Notes under the pieces: generated by a model | Databases searched by the model: none | The model's input: the letters and a program-made list of their open reading frames with translations, nothing else | What the model was told of the DNA's origin: nothing | Assembly (NCBI GenBank): GCA_951406725.2 | Contig: OX597817.1 | Location: 160,332,001 to 160,396,000, forward strand | From: Octopus vulgaris | Taxonomy: Eukaryota | Direction: 5' to 3' | Length of the DNA: 64,000 bases | In this document: piece after piece, positions 26,210 to 40,465 of the stretch | How the letters are laid out: the number at the start of each line of letters is the position of its first letter | How positions within the stretch are numbered: position 1 is the stretch's first letter | Position numbers and translations under genes: made by a program

Positions 26210-26611
26210 TCTTTACTCTTTTACTTGTTTCAGTCATTTGACTGCGGCCATGCTGGAGCATCGCCTTTAATCGAACAAATCGACCCCAGGACTTATTCTT
26301 TGTAAGCCCAGTACTTATTCTATCGGTCTCTTTTGCCGAACCGCTAAGTGACGGGGACGTAAACACACCAGCATCGGTTGTCAAGCAATGCTAGGGGGAC
26401 AAACACAGACACACAAATACACACACACATACATATATATATACATATATACGACAGGCTTCTTTCAGTTTCCGTCTACCAAATCCACTCACAAGGCATT
26501 GGTCGGCCCGGGGCTATAGCAGAAGACACTTGCCCAAGATGCCACGCAGTGGGACTGAACCCGGAACCATGTGGTTGGTTAGCAAGCTACTTACCACACA
26601 GCCACTCCTAC

Positions 26612-26790
26612 CGGAGTGAACACATAAATGTGAAACAAGGTGGAAAAAAGAGTACTCAAATACCAGTGCTAGAGTAATATGCTTTATTTAAAGCAACAGA
26701 AAATTCAACAAAACCTGTTACACTGAGTTTCACGTTACCGTTCGTCGGACAGTTTTTGCTAGAATAGAACTGATATGTCAATTCTATCCT
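26612..26790 (-). mobile_element. Single-arm copy of the 11641-11860 hammerhead element (duplicate at about 20730-20910)
   Basis: Minus strand: cugu-CCGACGA-acg/guaa/cgu-GAAA-cucagug-UA/acag at about 26715-26752. Confidence 0.65.
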
Positions 26791-27075
26791 ATATATATAT
26801 ATATATATATATATACGACCCGAGAGTATTGCAGAAGACACTTGCCCAAGGTGCCACGCAGTGGGACTGAACTCGGGACCATGTGGTTGGTAAGGAAGCT
26901 ACTTATATATACATATGTTTGCGTAGTGTGTGTCTGTGTTTGTCCCTCACCACCGATTGACAACCGGCGTTGGTGTGTTTACGTGCCCGTAACTTAGCGG
27001 TTCGACAATAAGGGCCCGATAGAATACTAGGCTTTAAAAAATAAGCCCTGGAGTTGATTCGTTCGATTAAAAACC

Positions 27076-27106
<31 letters not shown>

Positions 27107-27187
27107 CCTTTCTCTTTCTCTCTCTCTTTCTCTCTCTCTCTTTCTCTCTCTGTTTCTCTCTCTGTCTCTCTCTGTCTCTCTATGTAA

Positions 27188-27218
<31 letters not shown>

Positions 27219-27383
27219 TAGATAGATGTGGCTGTGTGGTAAGAAGCTTGCTTCCCAATCACATGGTTCCCGGGTTCAAGTCCCACAGCATGGCACCTTG
27301 GACAAGTGCCCCAGCATAGCCGCAATCAAATGACTGAAGCAAGTAAAAAAGCTCGATCGATCGATAGATAGATAGATAGACAT

Positions 27384-27448
<65 letters not shown>

Positions 27449-27531
27449 GACGTTTTTCAATCCCTTTCTCTCTCTCACTCTTTCTTTCTTTCTTTCTTTC
27501 TAGTTTCATTCTTCTCTTCCTACCTCTGTTC

Positions 27532-27568
<37 letters not shown>

Positions 27569-27931
27569 GCTTCCCTTCCTTCCACTTCCCCATCTCCACC
27601 TCCGCCACTGCTGGTTTATGAAAATATTTACAAGCTAGCGAAAAGACGCCTCAATTGTATTCTATACACTCCCAATCCCTCCCTCCTCCTACGATCCTGC
27701 ACGTCAATCACATCCTATTCATGCCTCCTCCTACCCCTTCGCCACTCACTACGTCGGCTCACCCATTCGATTTCTTTTCGAATCTCTTATGCAGTCCGTT
27801 GTTTCGGTGTAGATGTATGTGTGTATGTGTACATACATTGAAAAAGACATACGTATATCATGTGTGTGTGTGTGTGTGCGGTGTGTGTGGGTGCATAGGT
27901 GTGTATGCGTGAATTTTATACACGATAGCAA

Positions 27932-27964
<33 letters not shown>

Positions 27965-28319
27965 ACATAAGGGACTAAAGCCATCTGAATATGGCTAGGG
28001 ACAGGGCAGGGTGGTGGGGGTGTTACTGTTGCATTTAGCCCCAGGCGAACATCGACGTCGCTAGATAGGCTTGACACCATCACGGTGTCCTTTAACCTGC
28101 AAAGGGAGATAATTCCCCGATGAAGCGGAAACCACACACGGACCATGGTTTCAAGGTGTATTGCCTATCGTCAACGTGTGGTAGGCCTCCGCTTCCTCGA
28201 CGAAATCTCACTCTGCAGGATATTCATATATAGATTTTCAAGCAAAATACATTTGCTGATTTCGAAAATCTGTTCGACAGCAATAATAATTTGCTATATA
28301 TATATATATATATATGTAA

Positions 28320-28525
28320 ATAGAATCCAAACAAGAAAGCACAAAAAACACAACAACGCGAGGACGTGGAACAAATATAGTATTATTGGACGCTCAGGAA
28401 AGAAGGAAAGAAAGAGGGTTTAACGTTTCGAGCGGAGCTCTTCGTCGGAAACATAGGAGAAGGAAAGATCAAGAGAAGGGAAGACAGAGGGAAAAAAATC
28501 GCCAACAGTACACACGAGGTCACAT
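28320..28525 (-). mobile_element. gagc/ucc/gcuc hammerhead element
   Basis: 28418-28452 on the minus strand: guuu-CCGACGA-a-gagc/ucc/gcuc-GAAA-cg-UU/aaac, with a perfect 4-bp stem I. Confidence 0.7.
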
Positions 28526-28807
28526 TTTATATATATATCTTTTACTCTTTTATTCTTTTACTTGTTTCAGTCATTTGACTGCGGCCATGCTGGAGCTCCG
28601 CCTTTAGTCGGGCATATATACACACATACATATATGTATACATATATACGACAGGCTTCTTTCAGTTTCCGTCTACCGAACCCCTCACAAGGCTTTGGTC
28701 GGCCCGAGGCTATAGTAGAGGACACTTGTCTAAGGTGCCACGCAGTTGGAACGAAACCGGAACCATGTGGTTGGTAAGCAAGCTTCTTACCACACAGCCA
28801 CTCCTAC

Positions 28808-28876
<69 letters not shown>

Positions 28877-28965
28877 ACATACATTGAAAAAGTCATACAT
28901 ATATTATGCGTGTGTGTGTGCGGGTGCATAGGCGTGTATGTGTATATTTTATACATGATAGCAAT

Positions 28966-29000
<35 letters not shown>

Positions 29001-29854
29001 ATGATATACTTGCTTACAGGTATACATAAAAGCATATATACACGCAGACCAACCAACCTACCAGCCTACATGCATAATACATATAATTGAACAATGACAT
29101 ACATATGCATATATGCGCGGAGAGGTGTGTAGACGCACATGAATGAGCCTAAATACACATTTACAAGAACAGACATGCATTCAAACGTACATACACTCAC
29201 ACGCACCCAGACGCCGACGTCTGTGTGTGGTGGTGGTGGTGGTGGTGATGGGGGTGATTGTATGCATTCTAGTCCGTGGGACAGTGTCACGATCATTGCG
29301 AGGTCGTTGACACTGTCCCAAATTAGCTGAAGCTAAAAGAAAAAAAAAAAGAAATAGAGCAAGTATGAAACTTGGGTCAAGAGAGGATATGGAGGAATAT
29401 GGTTCGAATATTGGCCGCAGCGAACTCAATCGAAGTCATATACAGTCACAAACACGCGCGTAGACACACATACACACACACACGCACACACGTAGACACC
29501 TACAACTCTCACGCACACATATACACACACACTTACACGCACGCACGCACTCACGCACACACATGTGCGTTTGAACGTAGATGGTAATATGAACAAAATA
29601 AAAGAGAACTCAATATCTTTAAAAGTGTTAATATCTAATATGTAGCGCTATGGCTCCAGCCTACAGCAATCCGTTAGACAGCGCCATCTCCTTTTCCACG
29701 GATATTCCTGAGATGAACTGGCTAGTGGGAGGTATATGTCCCTCGGTCTGAATTTATTAGTCCAAGGTCGATATATTGTTGATATCTGGATTGCTTCGTA
29801 CATGGAATTTCGGATGTTTACATTTTTTTCAGATTGCTTCGGTAATTTTATTGA

Positions 29855-29990
29855 GGTTTAGCAAATATGAACTTGTTTTTATGGCGACAATGTGAAATTA
29901 GTTCTGATTTTTTGTTTAATGCAACAATAAAATATTTCTCAGTATTGTAGACGCTATAGAAACTTGGAGCAGTGGTATAGTTGTTATAGA
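29855..29990 (-). pseudogene. PLE GIY-YIG endonuclease C-terminal relic
   Basis: NTEKYFI..ALNKKSELISHCRHKNKF resembles the PLE terminus LC..EK..I...LLNKRSELISKCRH.NK. Confidence 0.65.
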
Positions 29991-30939
29991 GCAGAGAACT
30001 TTAAAGTGTCACTATTGTAACATTTTATAGAGAAAAACTGGAAACAAAAATTAATTATAATACAACACTAGTTTAAAAAATTAATTTATGAGATCTGTGA
30101 GAGAAGGGAAGTATTTTTAAAGTAGCGTCAGTCAAATTAAGGAAAAATCTGGGAAGTTTATAAAACCATTGAAAAGTCTGGAGAAGTTGGAAGGAGAGTC
30201 CTAAGTATGGTGGGAATCTGGTATAAAAAGATTAATTAGGTGAAGTACACAGAAAAGCAAGAGGAATGTGACAGGTGAGTGGTGCACGCGTTCGAGTGTA
30301 AAGTGTTTTCTGAGAAGTGTTTTCTGTTTCCTTCTGTGAAGGAAAAGGAAGACAAATGAACAAGAGAAGCGAAAATGAGATAAACGGTGCGAGTTCTGGG
30401 AGAGAAGAAAAACAAGGGAGAAATAAAAGAATAATTGGAAAAAGTTTATTCTGCAGATAAGAAGTGGGGGTAACTTGAGGGTTTTGGTATAAGTAAACAC
30501 AGTACAGTTCTACTAAAGCCCCCGGGACCTGGGGAATCCCAGGTTATCAAAAATGCCGGTGTATTGGAAGTTGTGGTGAAAGAGTACAGCAGGGATCCCC
30601 ATCATCCCCTGTCGGAGCCTCGTGGAGCTTTTAGGTGTTTTCGCTCAATAAACACTCACAACGCCCGGTCTGGGAATCGAAACCGCGATCCTACGACCGC
30701 GAGTCCGCTGCCCTAACCACTGGGCCATTGCGCCTCCGCTATGAAACGAGTAAATGACTAAAGACGAGAGATATGAAAGTGTATTTCTGAACAGTCTTTG
30801 ACATCATTTCGGAGGAGGAATTATGTTGACGAACATACTGCATTGTAAAGTTTGTAAACCACCCAACTATGAACATGAAAGTGAAAGTTTCTGCTTATCA
30901 CAAGGCATTGGTCAACCCGGGGTTATATATTCCTTCTTT

Positions 30940-31333
30940 TATTTAACTTGTTTCAGTCATTTGACTGCTGCCATGCTGGGGCACCGCCTTCAGTCAAGCA
31001 AATCGACCCCAGGAATTATTCTTTGTAAGCCTAGTACTTATTCTATCGATCTCTTTAGCCGAACCGTTAAGTTACGGGGACGTAAACACACCAGCATCGG
31101 TTGTCAAGCGATGCTGGGGAGACAAACACAGACACACAAACATATATACGCACATACATATATTTACGTATATACGACAGGCTTCCTTCAGTTTCCGTCT
31201 ACCAAATCTACTCACAAGGCTTTTGTCAGCCCGAGGCTATAGTAGAAGACACTTGCCCAAGGTGCCACGCAGTGGGACTGAACCCAGAACCATGTGGTTA
31301 GTAAGCAAGCTACTTACCACGTAGCCACTCCTA
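30940..31333 (-). mobile_element. SINE family A
   Basis: Same sequence as the other family A copies. Confidence 0.8.
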
Positions 31334-32128
31334 CACTCATATATAGTAGAAGACACTTGCTTAACTTGTCGCCCAGTGAGACTGAACCAGAAATCATTTA
31401 GTTGCAAACTAAGTTTCTTTACCACGCAGCCATATTTGTGACAGCATAAAATAAAGTGTCTTCTTCTAGGTCACAATGCGCCCCACCCCACCAGACCGGA
31501 AATCGAAATCACGACTTAACTGTCGACAATCCAGTTGGTTAACCTTCAGAATTCGTGGAGGTAGTCTCATGTTTTTCCTACAGTACCACCTTCGAATAAA
31601 TAGATATTAGATTTCTAAAAAAAATATTAATTAACGTAATATCATCTACTTATGATTTAATCATAACTAAATGGGAACAACTTGATGTATTTTAGCCAAG
31701 ATATTTTAATTAGTTAGAATTAATTACACACGTAGTGATGAGAAAAATTCATTATTTCAGCGAGTAATTCTCAACAAAGGTATGGGAGAAAGCGGCGGAA
31801 TCTAAATTAATTAAAATTAAATATAGAATACAGTGGTGATGGTGGTGGTGTTGGTAGTGGTGATTGGAGAAGTGGTAGTAGAAGTGGTGGTGGTTGCGGT
31901 GGTGGTTGCGGCGGTGATGGTGGTGGTTGTAGTGGTCATAATAGACGTGGTGGTAGGAGTGGTATGTTGGCAGTGATTGTAGTAGTGGTGGTAGTGGTGG
32001 TGGTGGTGGTGGTGGGTGGAGAGGAGGATTTGGTGGTGCTGGTTGTTGTTATTGTGGTAATGGTTGAGTGAGTTTCATGCTCGGGAGTACAAAGAGCTCC
32101 TACTCAGTCGATTGTTATAGCATAATAT

Positions 32129-32512
32129 GGAAGCACTCCGTCGGTTACGACGATGAGGGTTCCGGTTGATCCGAATCAACGGAACAGCCTGCTCGTGAAA
32201 TTAACGTGTAAGTGGCTGAGCACTCCACAGACACGTGTACCCTTAACGTAGTTCTCGGGGATATTCAGCGTGACACAGAGAGTGACAAGGCCGGCCCCTT
32301 GAAATACAGGTACAACAGAAACAGGAAGTAAGAGTGAGAGAAAGTTGTGGTGAAAGAGTACAGCAGGGATCACCACCATCCCCTGCTGGAGCCTCGAGGA
32401 ACTTTAAGTGTTTTCGCACAATAAACACTCACAACGCCCGGTCTGGGAATCGAAACCGCGATCCTATGACCGCGAGTCCGCTGCCCTAACCACTGGGCCA
32501 TTGCGCCTCCAC
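32129..32512 (-). mobile_element. SINE family C, long form, with target-site duplication
   Basis: tgttatagcataa at 32113-32125 and 32513-32525; near-identical copy at 55322-55708. Confidence 0.85.
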
Positions 32513-33787
32513 TGTTATAGCATAAGATACCAGCTAAATCGCATCCTGCTGTCCTAAATGAATACAGACCCATTGGACATTGACATTAGAAGCGGACTGG
32601 ATGATTGTAATTGGAATACTCTTGATTATAGTAATGTTCAAATACGGCGACTGTCTGCGTTCTGAGTTCAAATCCCACCAAGGTCGACTTTGCCCTTTCA
32701 TCCTTTTGGGGGTTAACAAATTAAGTACCAGTTGTGCACTGGGTTCGATCTAATCGAATGGCCCCTCCCCTAAAGTTTCGGGCCCTGTGCCTAGAGTAGA
32801 AAAAATGTTCAAAAGCGGCGAGTTGGAAGAAACGTTAGCGCGCCGGGCGAAATGCTTAGCGCTATTTCATCTGCCGTTACGTTCTGAGTTTAAATTCCGC
32901 CGAGGTCGGCTTAGCCTTTCATCCTTTCGAGGTCGATAAATTAAGTACACACTGGGGTCGATGTAATCGACTTAATCGATTGTCTGTCCTTGTTTGTCCC
33001 CCTCTGTGTGTAGCCCCTTGTGGGTAGTAAAGAAATAGGCATTTCGTCTGTCTTTACATTCTGAGTTCAAATTCCGCCGAGGTCGACTTTGCCTTTCATC
33101 CTTTCGTATATGTTTGTGTGTGTGTGTGTGTGTATGTATATATATGTGTGTGTGTATTATATGTTTATGTGTCTGTGTTTGTCTCCCCAACATCGCTTGA
33201 CAACCAATGCTGGTGTGTTTACATCTCCGTCACCTAGCGGTTCGGCTAGAGAGTCCGATAGAATAAGTATTAGGCTGACAAAGAATAAGTCCTGGGGGTC
33301 GATTTACTCTACTAAAGGCGGTGCTCCAGCATGGCCGCAGTCAACTGACTGAAACAAATAAAAGCATTACAGAATATATATATATATATAAAGAGAAAGA
33401 GAAAGGGAGAGAGAGACAGAGAGATAGATAAATAGTTAAATATGTGCGTGAGTGCGCGCGCGCGTATGGGGTCTCTGTCCTTCCCACTGCTTGGTAACCG
33501 GTGTTGATGTGTTTGCATCCCCGTAAGTCATTTCCTTAAGTCATCGTCACCGTGGTCGTCGTCCTGGTCCAGTGCTCCGCAACCTTTTTTCACTCGCGGT
33601 ACACTTATATTCTTTTAAAAAATTCAGCGGCACTCCTGAAAGTATAAAGAAAAAAAAATTATATTCAGGTTACACTGCGGCACATCTAGCATCGTCTCGT
33701 GGCGCAGTAGTCGTAGCAATCGTTGCAGTGTCGATCGTTGCTGTAGTCATCGTCGTCGTTGTCTTCTTCGTCATCGTGACCGCTATC

Positions 33788-33922
33788 CACTAGCGTAGCT
33801 AGGTGGCAACAGTAGGGGCAGCACTCGTGGGTCTGCTGTAGGCAAATTGTGTTTTCTGTGAGATCCGGGGGCAGCAAACGAAAGGGCCACACCGGGCGGC
33901 ACACACTCTAGCTACACTAGTG
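33788..33922. mobile_element. 135-bp MITE with 15-bp terminal inverted repeats
   Basis: cactagcgtagctag ... ctagctacactagtg (one mismatch), with a GC-rich interior. Confidence 0.55.
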
Positions 33923-34793
33923 CCGCCAACGCTGCGATCTTTTCCACACACACCACCACCACCATAACCAGCACTATCACTACTACCATTATTAGTTTAG
34001 TGTCACTTAACCCCTACTGGAGAAGATTATAACGAGCCAGAAATGCATCCAGGGGTCCCACGGAGGGCGTCCCTGAAATGGTAATGCTGTAATTACATAT
34101 TTTACCATAATCGAGAATTACCTTTAGAAGTTAAAATTTGTCACCAACATATTTGAACTAACCTAAAGTTAATTTCCCATTACTGCTTCGCGCTACAAAT
34201 GTACATACATACATACATACATACATACATACATACATACATACATACATGCTGAACTTTAACCCCTACACATTTTTTCTCCCCGTTTTTTTTTCCGTTC
34301 TGTCCATTTTTGTCTAAGAGCGTAGGCTCGAAACGTCAAAGACTTTTCCATTCTTCCTGAGCGTCAAATTAATACACCTGCTTGTTGTTCCCTTATCTGT
34401 CTTCGTCTTTTGTTTTCTGTGAATTTGAACTACACATACACACACACACACGCGCGCGCGCGCGCATAACCATTCATACATGTTCGTATGTATGTATAAG
34501 TATATGTATTCTTTCAACCATGCAGTTGCGGTCATGTTGGAGCAACACTCAATTTGTATCGCTTCCAGAGCTCTCTTCTATGGCTGGTTTCTTCTGGGTG
34601 ATGGGATTTCATATCACTACCCTTGCGTGTGTTCTTGGTCGTTGGGTCATTTGGTGTATGAGGAAGAGACATATATACATACAGGCATGCATGCATACAT
34701 ACAAACATACGTACACACAAATGTATGTTCATACATACATACATTCATACATACATGCATACATACATACATTCATGCATGAATGCATACATG

Positions 34794-34847
<54 letters not shown>

Positions 34848-34919
34848 CACACATCCATACATGCTTGTATGCATGCATGTATGTATATATATATGTATGC
34901 ATGTATATATATATGTATG

Positions 34920-34953
<34 letters not shown>

Positions 34954-37681
34954 TGTATGTATGTATGTATGTATGTATGTATGTATGTATGTATGTATGT
35001 ATGTATAATAGCAGTAGCTTCTGATAAGACTCTATGCAGGAAATGCCTGAGGATTCTCCCTCCACGATCCTCCTACGAATAGTGAACAGTGGAAATGGAT
35101 GGATGGATGGATGGATGGATGAATGGATAGATATTTAGTGGATCGAATGACCGAATATAGATTTCTTTGTCGGTTCATTTTACGCTTATCTAAAAAGGAA
35201 AAGATAAGCAAAGTGATGGATACAATGCTTTCCAATATATTTTATTATCTCCCTTTACATCCTGTACTCAAACCTCTTGGTCGACTTTCTGTATGTAATA
35301 AAGTACCTGTTAATGCAATTGACGCTGGTTGGTGAAATCAACTATAATTTTTCATTCCCCTACAAATATGTAACCTTGTGACCAAGTTTAGAAATTATTA
35401 CTAAAAAAACAACAATTGCTAAGTTGCATAATATTTTACCTTTTTAGTTTGTCTCTTTCTTTCTTTCTTTCTTTCTTTCTTTCCTTCTCCCCCCTCTCTC
35501 TCTTCAGCTTGTGTTTGCAACTCAGAGTGCCACTGGGAATGGAAAGTAGGACACTGACACCAAAACCCCAGATCGCCGCCACCATCACCACCGCCACTAC
35601 CATCACGAATTAATTACAATAACAACAACAACAACAACAATAACACGAGCCGACAAGGAGTCTCTCTACCAATTGTTACCAACCAACCTTTTACCACAGC
35701 GACCCAGTTCAATAGGTTTTGAAGAAAAGAAGAAAATAAATTCAATGAGTTGTTAACATTTGATACTTTTGTTGAGGAAATATTTTTCGTATTTTGTTTG
35801 CTTTAAACATTGTAATACATATAGCTCCCTTAAAGCTAATTTTCATAATTTAAACAAAAACGGGTTAATGGAAGTAACTCTGAGTGACCCAGTAGATTGT
35901 ATATGAAGAGCTTAGACAAATATAGTTATTTCAAATACCATGCAACATAAATTCTTAATTTATTAAAATTACCTCCACCCCTAGAATAATAAATATATAA
36001 ATGCGCCCTTTTAAAGCCTAGCCAGGCTCATGGGCCCGGTTTCCCGGTTTCAATGGCGTATGTGTTCCCCAGCTGGACGGGACGCCAGTCCATCGCAGTG
36101 TTATTCATTTTTGCCAGCTGAGCGGATTGGAGCAATATGAAATGAAGTGTTTTGCTCAAGAACACAACGCGTCGCCCGGTCCAGGAATCGAAACCACAAT
36201 CTTATTATCATGATGCTGACACCTTAACCAATAAGCCACGCGCCTCCACCCACCCCTAGAAGCTTCATCATAATTACCAAATGGAAATTAAGACCAGCCC
36301 CATATGAGAAGAGATAATTTCAAGTATTCTTCAAAATTGATATGCCAGTAAGGATAAGACAAGTTTATTGTCTGGAGAGAAAAGGATAGTCGTTGGCACG
36401 TGTTTCTGTCCAAATAACCGTCATCAGCACGTCAATTGTCCAACCTTATTTTCGGTAGTCAAGAGACATACTTATACAAAATAGAGCAGAACACTTTCAT
36501 GGCCTTCCATTAAAGCTCCCTTATAGCCATGGCTTATTCTGTAACACGTTCACGAACATTTTTTGCATTTCATTAAGTATTTCAAATGTAAAAGGTTTCG
36601 TCTTCATAGTCCTCGAGGGAAATTTGGTAAGGCAGAACAAGACGGCTGTTGGGTACCGGAAGGGACTGTGCCTTCTAAAATAGGGCTGTGATGTTTTTTT
36701 CTTGAAAGGAGGGCTCTGTCGGATCCCATCCCTAAAAGACACATTAGATGATATTGGATATTATTAAACGACAATAATAGTGTATGTCATTAAAAGGCAC
36801 GTTGGAAATTAGAGTCCAAGATATATTGTGCCTGAGAAAATTCTCAAACCGACGAACTGATTAAGTCTAGGACAGATTTGACCAGTCTGATCGATCAGAT
36901 TAAAACTAAACAGCAACAACAGCAGTAGCAGCAGCAGTAATATCAACAACGACAATCTCTTTTTCACTCTCCAGATCTTGGTCTGATGTCCTGTCTCCTA
37001 TAGGTTCTTTGCTGTTCATTCGGAATTATACGGTGAGTGGCCTTTATCTGGATGCGGTCTAAGATATCAGTGTGCGTACAGGCAGTGTTATCCTAGATAT
37101 AAGATCTGCAGGCCAGTGCAGACCCTCTCTGGGATTTGCAGAGTGTAAATGGTTTGTTGCGAGCTGAAATATTTTATGTCTCTCTATAAAGTGCAATCTT
37201 TCTTATGTTAAAGAAGTGAGTTTACTAGAAGAAACCTTCAGTGATAGTGAGGTCTAGCATTTGAAACAATAACGAGCGCTCTAGTTACGTGTTATTCATG
37301 TTTTAGAGGATGCTGTTCAACAGTCTTGTCTTGATGTGTATAGTAAATGCGTTGAGGAAATCAAGCTTGGTATGAATGGATACGTTGGATGATGTTTCTG
37401 AATTCTCTTTTCATCAAGTCAGTGCAGATTTGGAATGAGGTATCTAGGCTGCATGGGGAATTTTGGATGAAGGTTAGGGAGGAATAAAGAATAGTATCAT
37501 TTGACCAAAAGTGTGTGTGTTTGGTATTAGAGGTAACCGCAAATACCGAAGGAAGAGTGGCGGGGGGGGGGGGGGACAAAAACCGAACCCTGACGCACGC
37601 CAGGGTTAACAACTGTGCGTCAGTATATATGCGTGCGAACCCACTAACTTTTTTATCATATTAAATTCTGATACAATCGTA

Positions 37682-37860
37682 AGCAGGTGTGGCTCTGTGG
37701 TAAGTAGTTTGCTTACCAACCACATGGTTCTGGGTTCAGTCCCATTGCGTGGTACCATGGGCAAGTGTCTTCTACTATAGCCTCAGACCGACCAAAGCCT
37801 TGTGAGTGGATTTGGTAGATGGAAACTAAAAGAAGCCCGTCGTATATATGTATATATATG

Positions 37861-37943
<83 letters not shown>

Positions 37944-38172
37944 GTATGTATGTGTATGTATATGTTTGTGTGTCTGTGCTTGTCCCCCCAGCATCGCTTG
38001 ATAACCAATGCTGGTGTGTTTACGTTCATGTAACTTAGCGGTTCGGCAAAAGAGACCAATAGAATAAGTATTAGGCTTACAAATAATAAGTCCTGGGGTC
38101 GATTTGCTCGACTAAAGGCGGTGCTCCAGCATGGCCGCAGTCAAATGACTGAAACAAGTAAAAGAGTAAAAG
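37682..38172 (+). mobile_element. SINE family A
   Basis: Full head-to-tail copy with an expanded (CA)n/(TA)n interior. Confidence 0.85.
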
Positions 38173-39213
38173 AGTACCTGAAAAGTATTTGTAGAAAATT
38201 TCACTAAAAAAGTCTAATGGTATTTCTTTTTTACAATAGGACATTTTTATACTATTCAATCTCAACCGAAGCAAGGCTCTATGACCTCTCTACTTTTTCT
38301 CTAAGTTACATGGAAACGAGATCAGTGAGGACACACATTTGTGCAGGTATGCCATAGAATGAGAATCAGAAGGGACTCCATCTGCACACACCACGCTGGT
38401 GTGAACAGGAAGTCACCGACCCCAAAAGCAATAGACGTATGGTGCCCTTAGACAACACGGTCTAAAGATTCGCTGACCTTTAAATCGTTTACTTTTAGTC
38501 TCTGGCTGCGACGACACACGGAGTTGACTTGGCGTTAATGACACCATCAAAAGAACTCAGTCACAAATGAGTTAAAGAATCTCTACGTTTTCGACGGGCA
38601 GGTAAATAGCAGGTAAATCTCTTTCAAGTCACATTTTGCTGTTTAAAAGGAAGGGAAATGAAATTGGTTGATTGTAATCTGATGTACACAACGACTAAGA
38701 AAAGAAGGGATGGTCACCTTTCTATCATAAATCAGTTCGATGAGAGGCTGTCATAGTGTTAAACACTGCAACCGTGACACGTAATACCACCACCGCCCCT
38801 GCCGTCACCAGCACCACCACCACCGCCACTACCACCACCGCCACCACCACCGCCACCACCACCGCCACCACCACCGTCACCACCGCCACCACTACTACCA
38901 GCACCAATATCATCACCACCGCCACCACCATCACCACTACCACCACCACCACCACCACCACCACCACAACCACAACCACCACTACCACCGCCGCCACCAC
39001 CCCACGCCACCCACCCCACCCACTCACCCACCCCACCATATAACCACATCAAAAAAGGTTACCTAACAAAACGGAAACAACAAATGAAAGCAATTTCTCG
39101 CAAATCGGAAATGGTTAAAAGTGTGTATATGTGTGTATGTGTGTATGTATGTATGTATGTGTGTATGTATGTATGTATGTATGTATGTATGTATGTATGT
39201 GTGTATGTGTGTA

Positions 39214-39264
<51 letters not shown>

Positions 39265-40199
39265 ATGTATGTATGTATGTATGTATGTATGTATGTGTGT
39301 GTGTATGTATGTATGTATGTATGTATGTATGTATGTGTGTGTGTATGTGTATGTGTGTGTTGTTTACATGTGTATGTGCTTTGTATGCGCGTACATTGTG
39401 CATGTGTTGTGTGTGTGTGTGTGTTGCGTATGGAAGAGTAAGGTGCACCGGGCGGAAGTAGACGGTGGTGGCAGTGTCTCCGCAGCCGGTAGGGGGAATG
39501 AGGAAACAAATCGTGTTTGGGTGGTGGTGGTGGTGGTGGTGGTATGGTGGTGGTATGGTGGTGGTATGGTGTTGGTGTTGGTGGTGGTGGTGGTATGGGG
39601 GTAGGGGTTGGCAGCGTCGGTGACGATTGTGATTTTGGTATAAGTGGTAGTGATGGTTAATGGTGCTAATGGGGATAGGTGGGGGGTAGTGGTAGCTGAG
39701 GAAGGAGTGGTGGTGCCGATAGTGGTAGTGGTTGACGGTGGTAGTGATTGTTGTGATTTTGGCAAGATTGGTGGTGGTGGTGGTGGTGGTGGTAGTAGTA
39801 GTAATCGTGTTTGGGTGGCAGCGGCAGTGGCGGCGGTGGCGGCGATGGTGGTAGTGGTGGTGGTGGTGGTGGTGGTGGTGATGGTGGTGGTGGTGGTGGT
39901 GGTGGTGGTGGTGTGGGTGTTGGTGCTGGTGCCGGTGAGTAATGTTGGTGGTACCGGCTATTGTGATTTTTGCAAGCCAAGGTATCGGTGGTGATAGTGG
40001 TTGTTGCGATAGTGGTGGTGGTGGTGGTGGTAGTTGTAGTGGTGGTACTGGTGTTTTTGTTGTTCTTGTTGTTGCTGGTGGTAGTGGTGATTGGTGGTTC
40101 TGGAGTCGATGGCGTTAGCATTTCATCCCAATTTCCTTGTAAGGGAAGAAAGAAGTCTGCCGAAACAAAATAAAGAGACGGAACTGTAGAAGGATAGGT

Positions 40200-40210
40200 T
40201 ATCATTGTTA

Positions 40211-40256
<46 letters not shown>

Positions 40257-40294
40257 TATTATTATTATCATTATTATTATTATTATTATTATTA

Positions 40295-40358
<64 letters not shown>

Positions 40359-40393
40359 AATTATTATTATTATTACTATTATTATTATTATTA

Positions 40394-40442
<49 letters not shown>

Positions 40443-40465
40443 CATTATTATTATTATTATTATTA
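40200..40465. repeat. (ATT)n microsatellite
   Basis: Seen directly in the sequence. Confidence 0.95.

Larger units (their letters stand above)
21037..26815. repeat. Second copy of the ~5.8-kb block
   Basis: Colinear with 15151-20936; differences are mainly small indels and microsatellite length. Confidence 0.9.

Noticed and set aside
37180-37520. Possible old retroelement RT relic (minus-strand MLDLTI)
   Set aside because: A single short motif amid stops; insufficient evidence.
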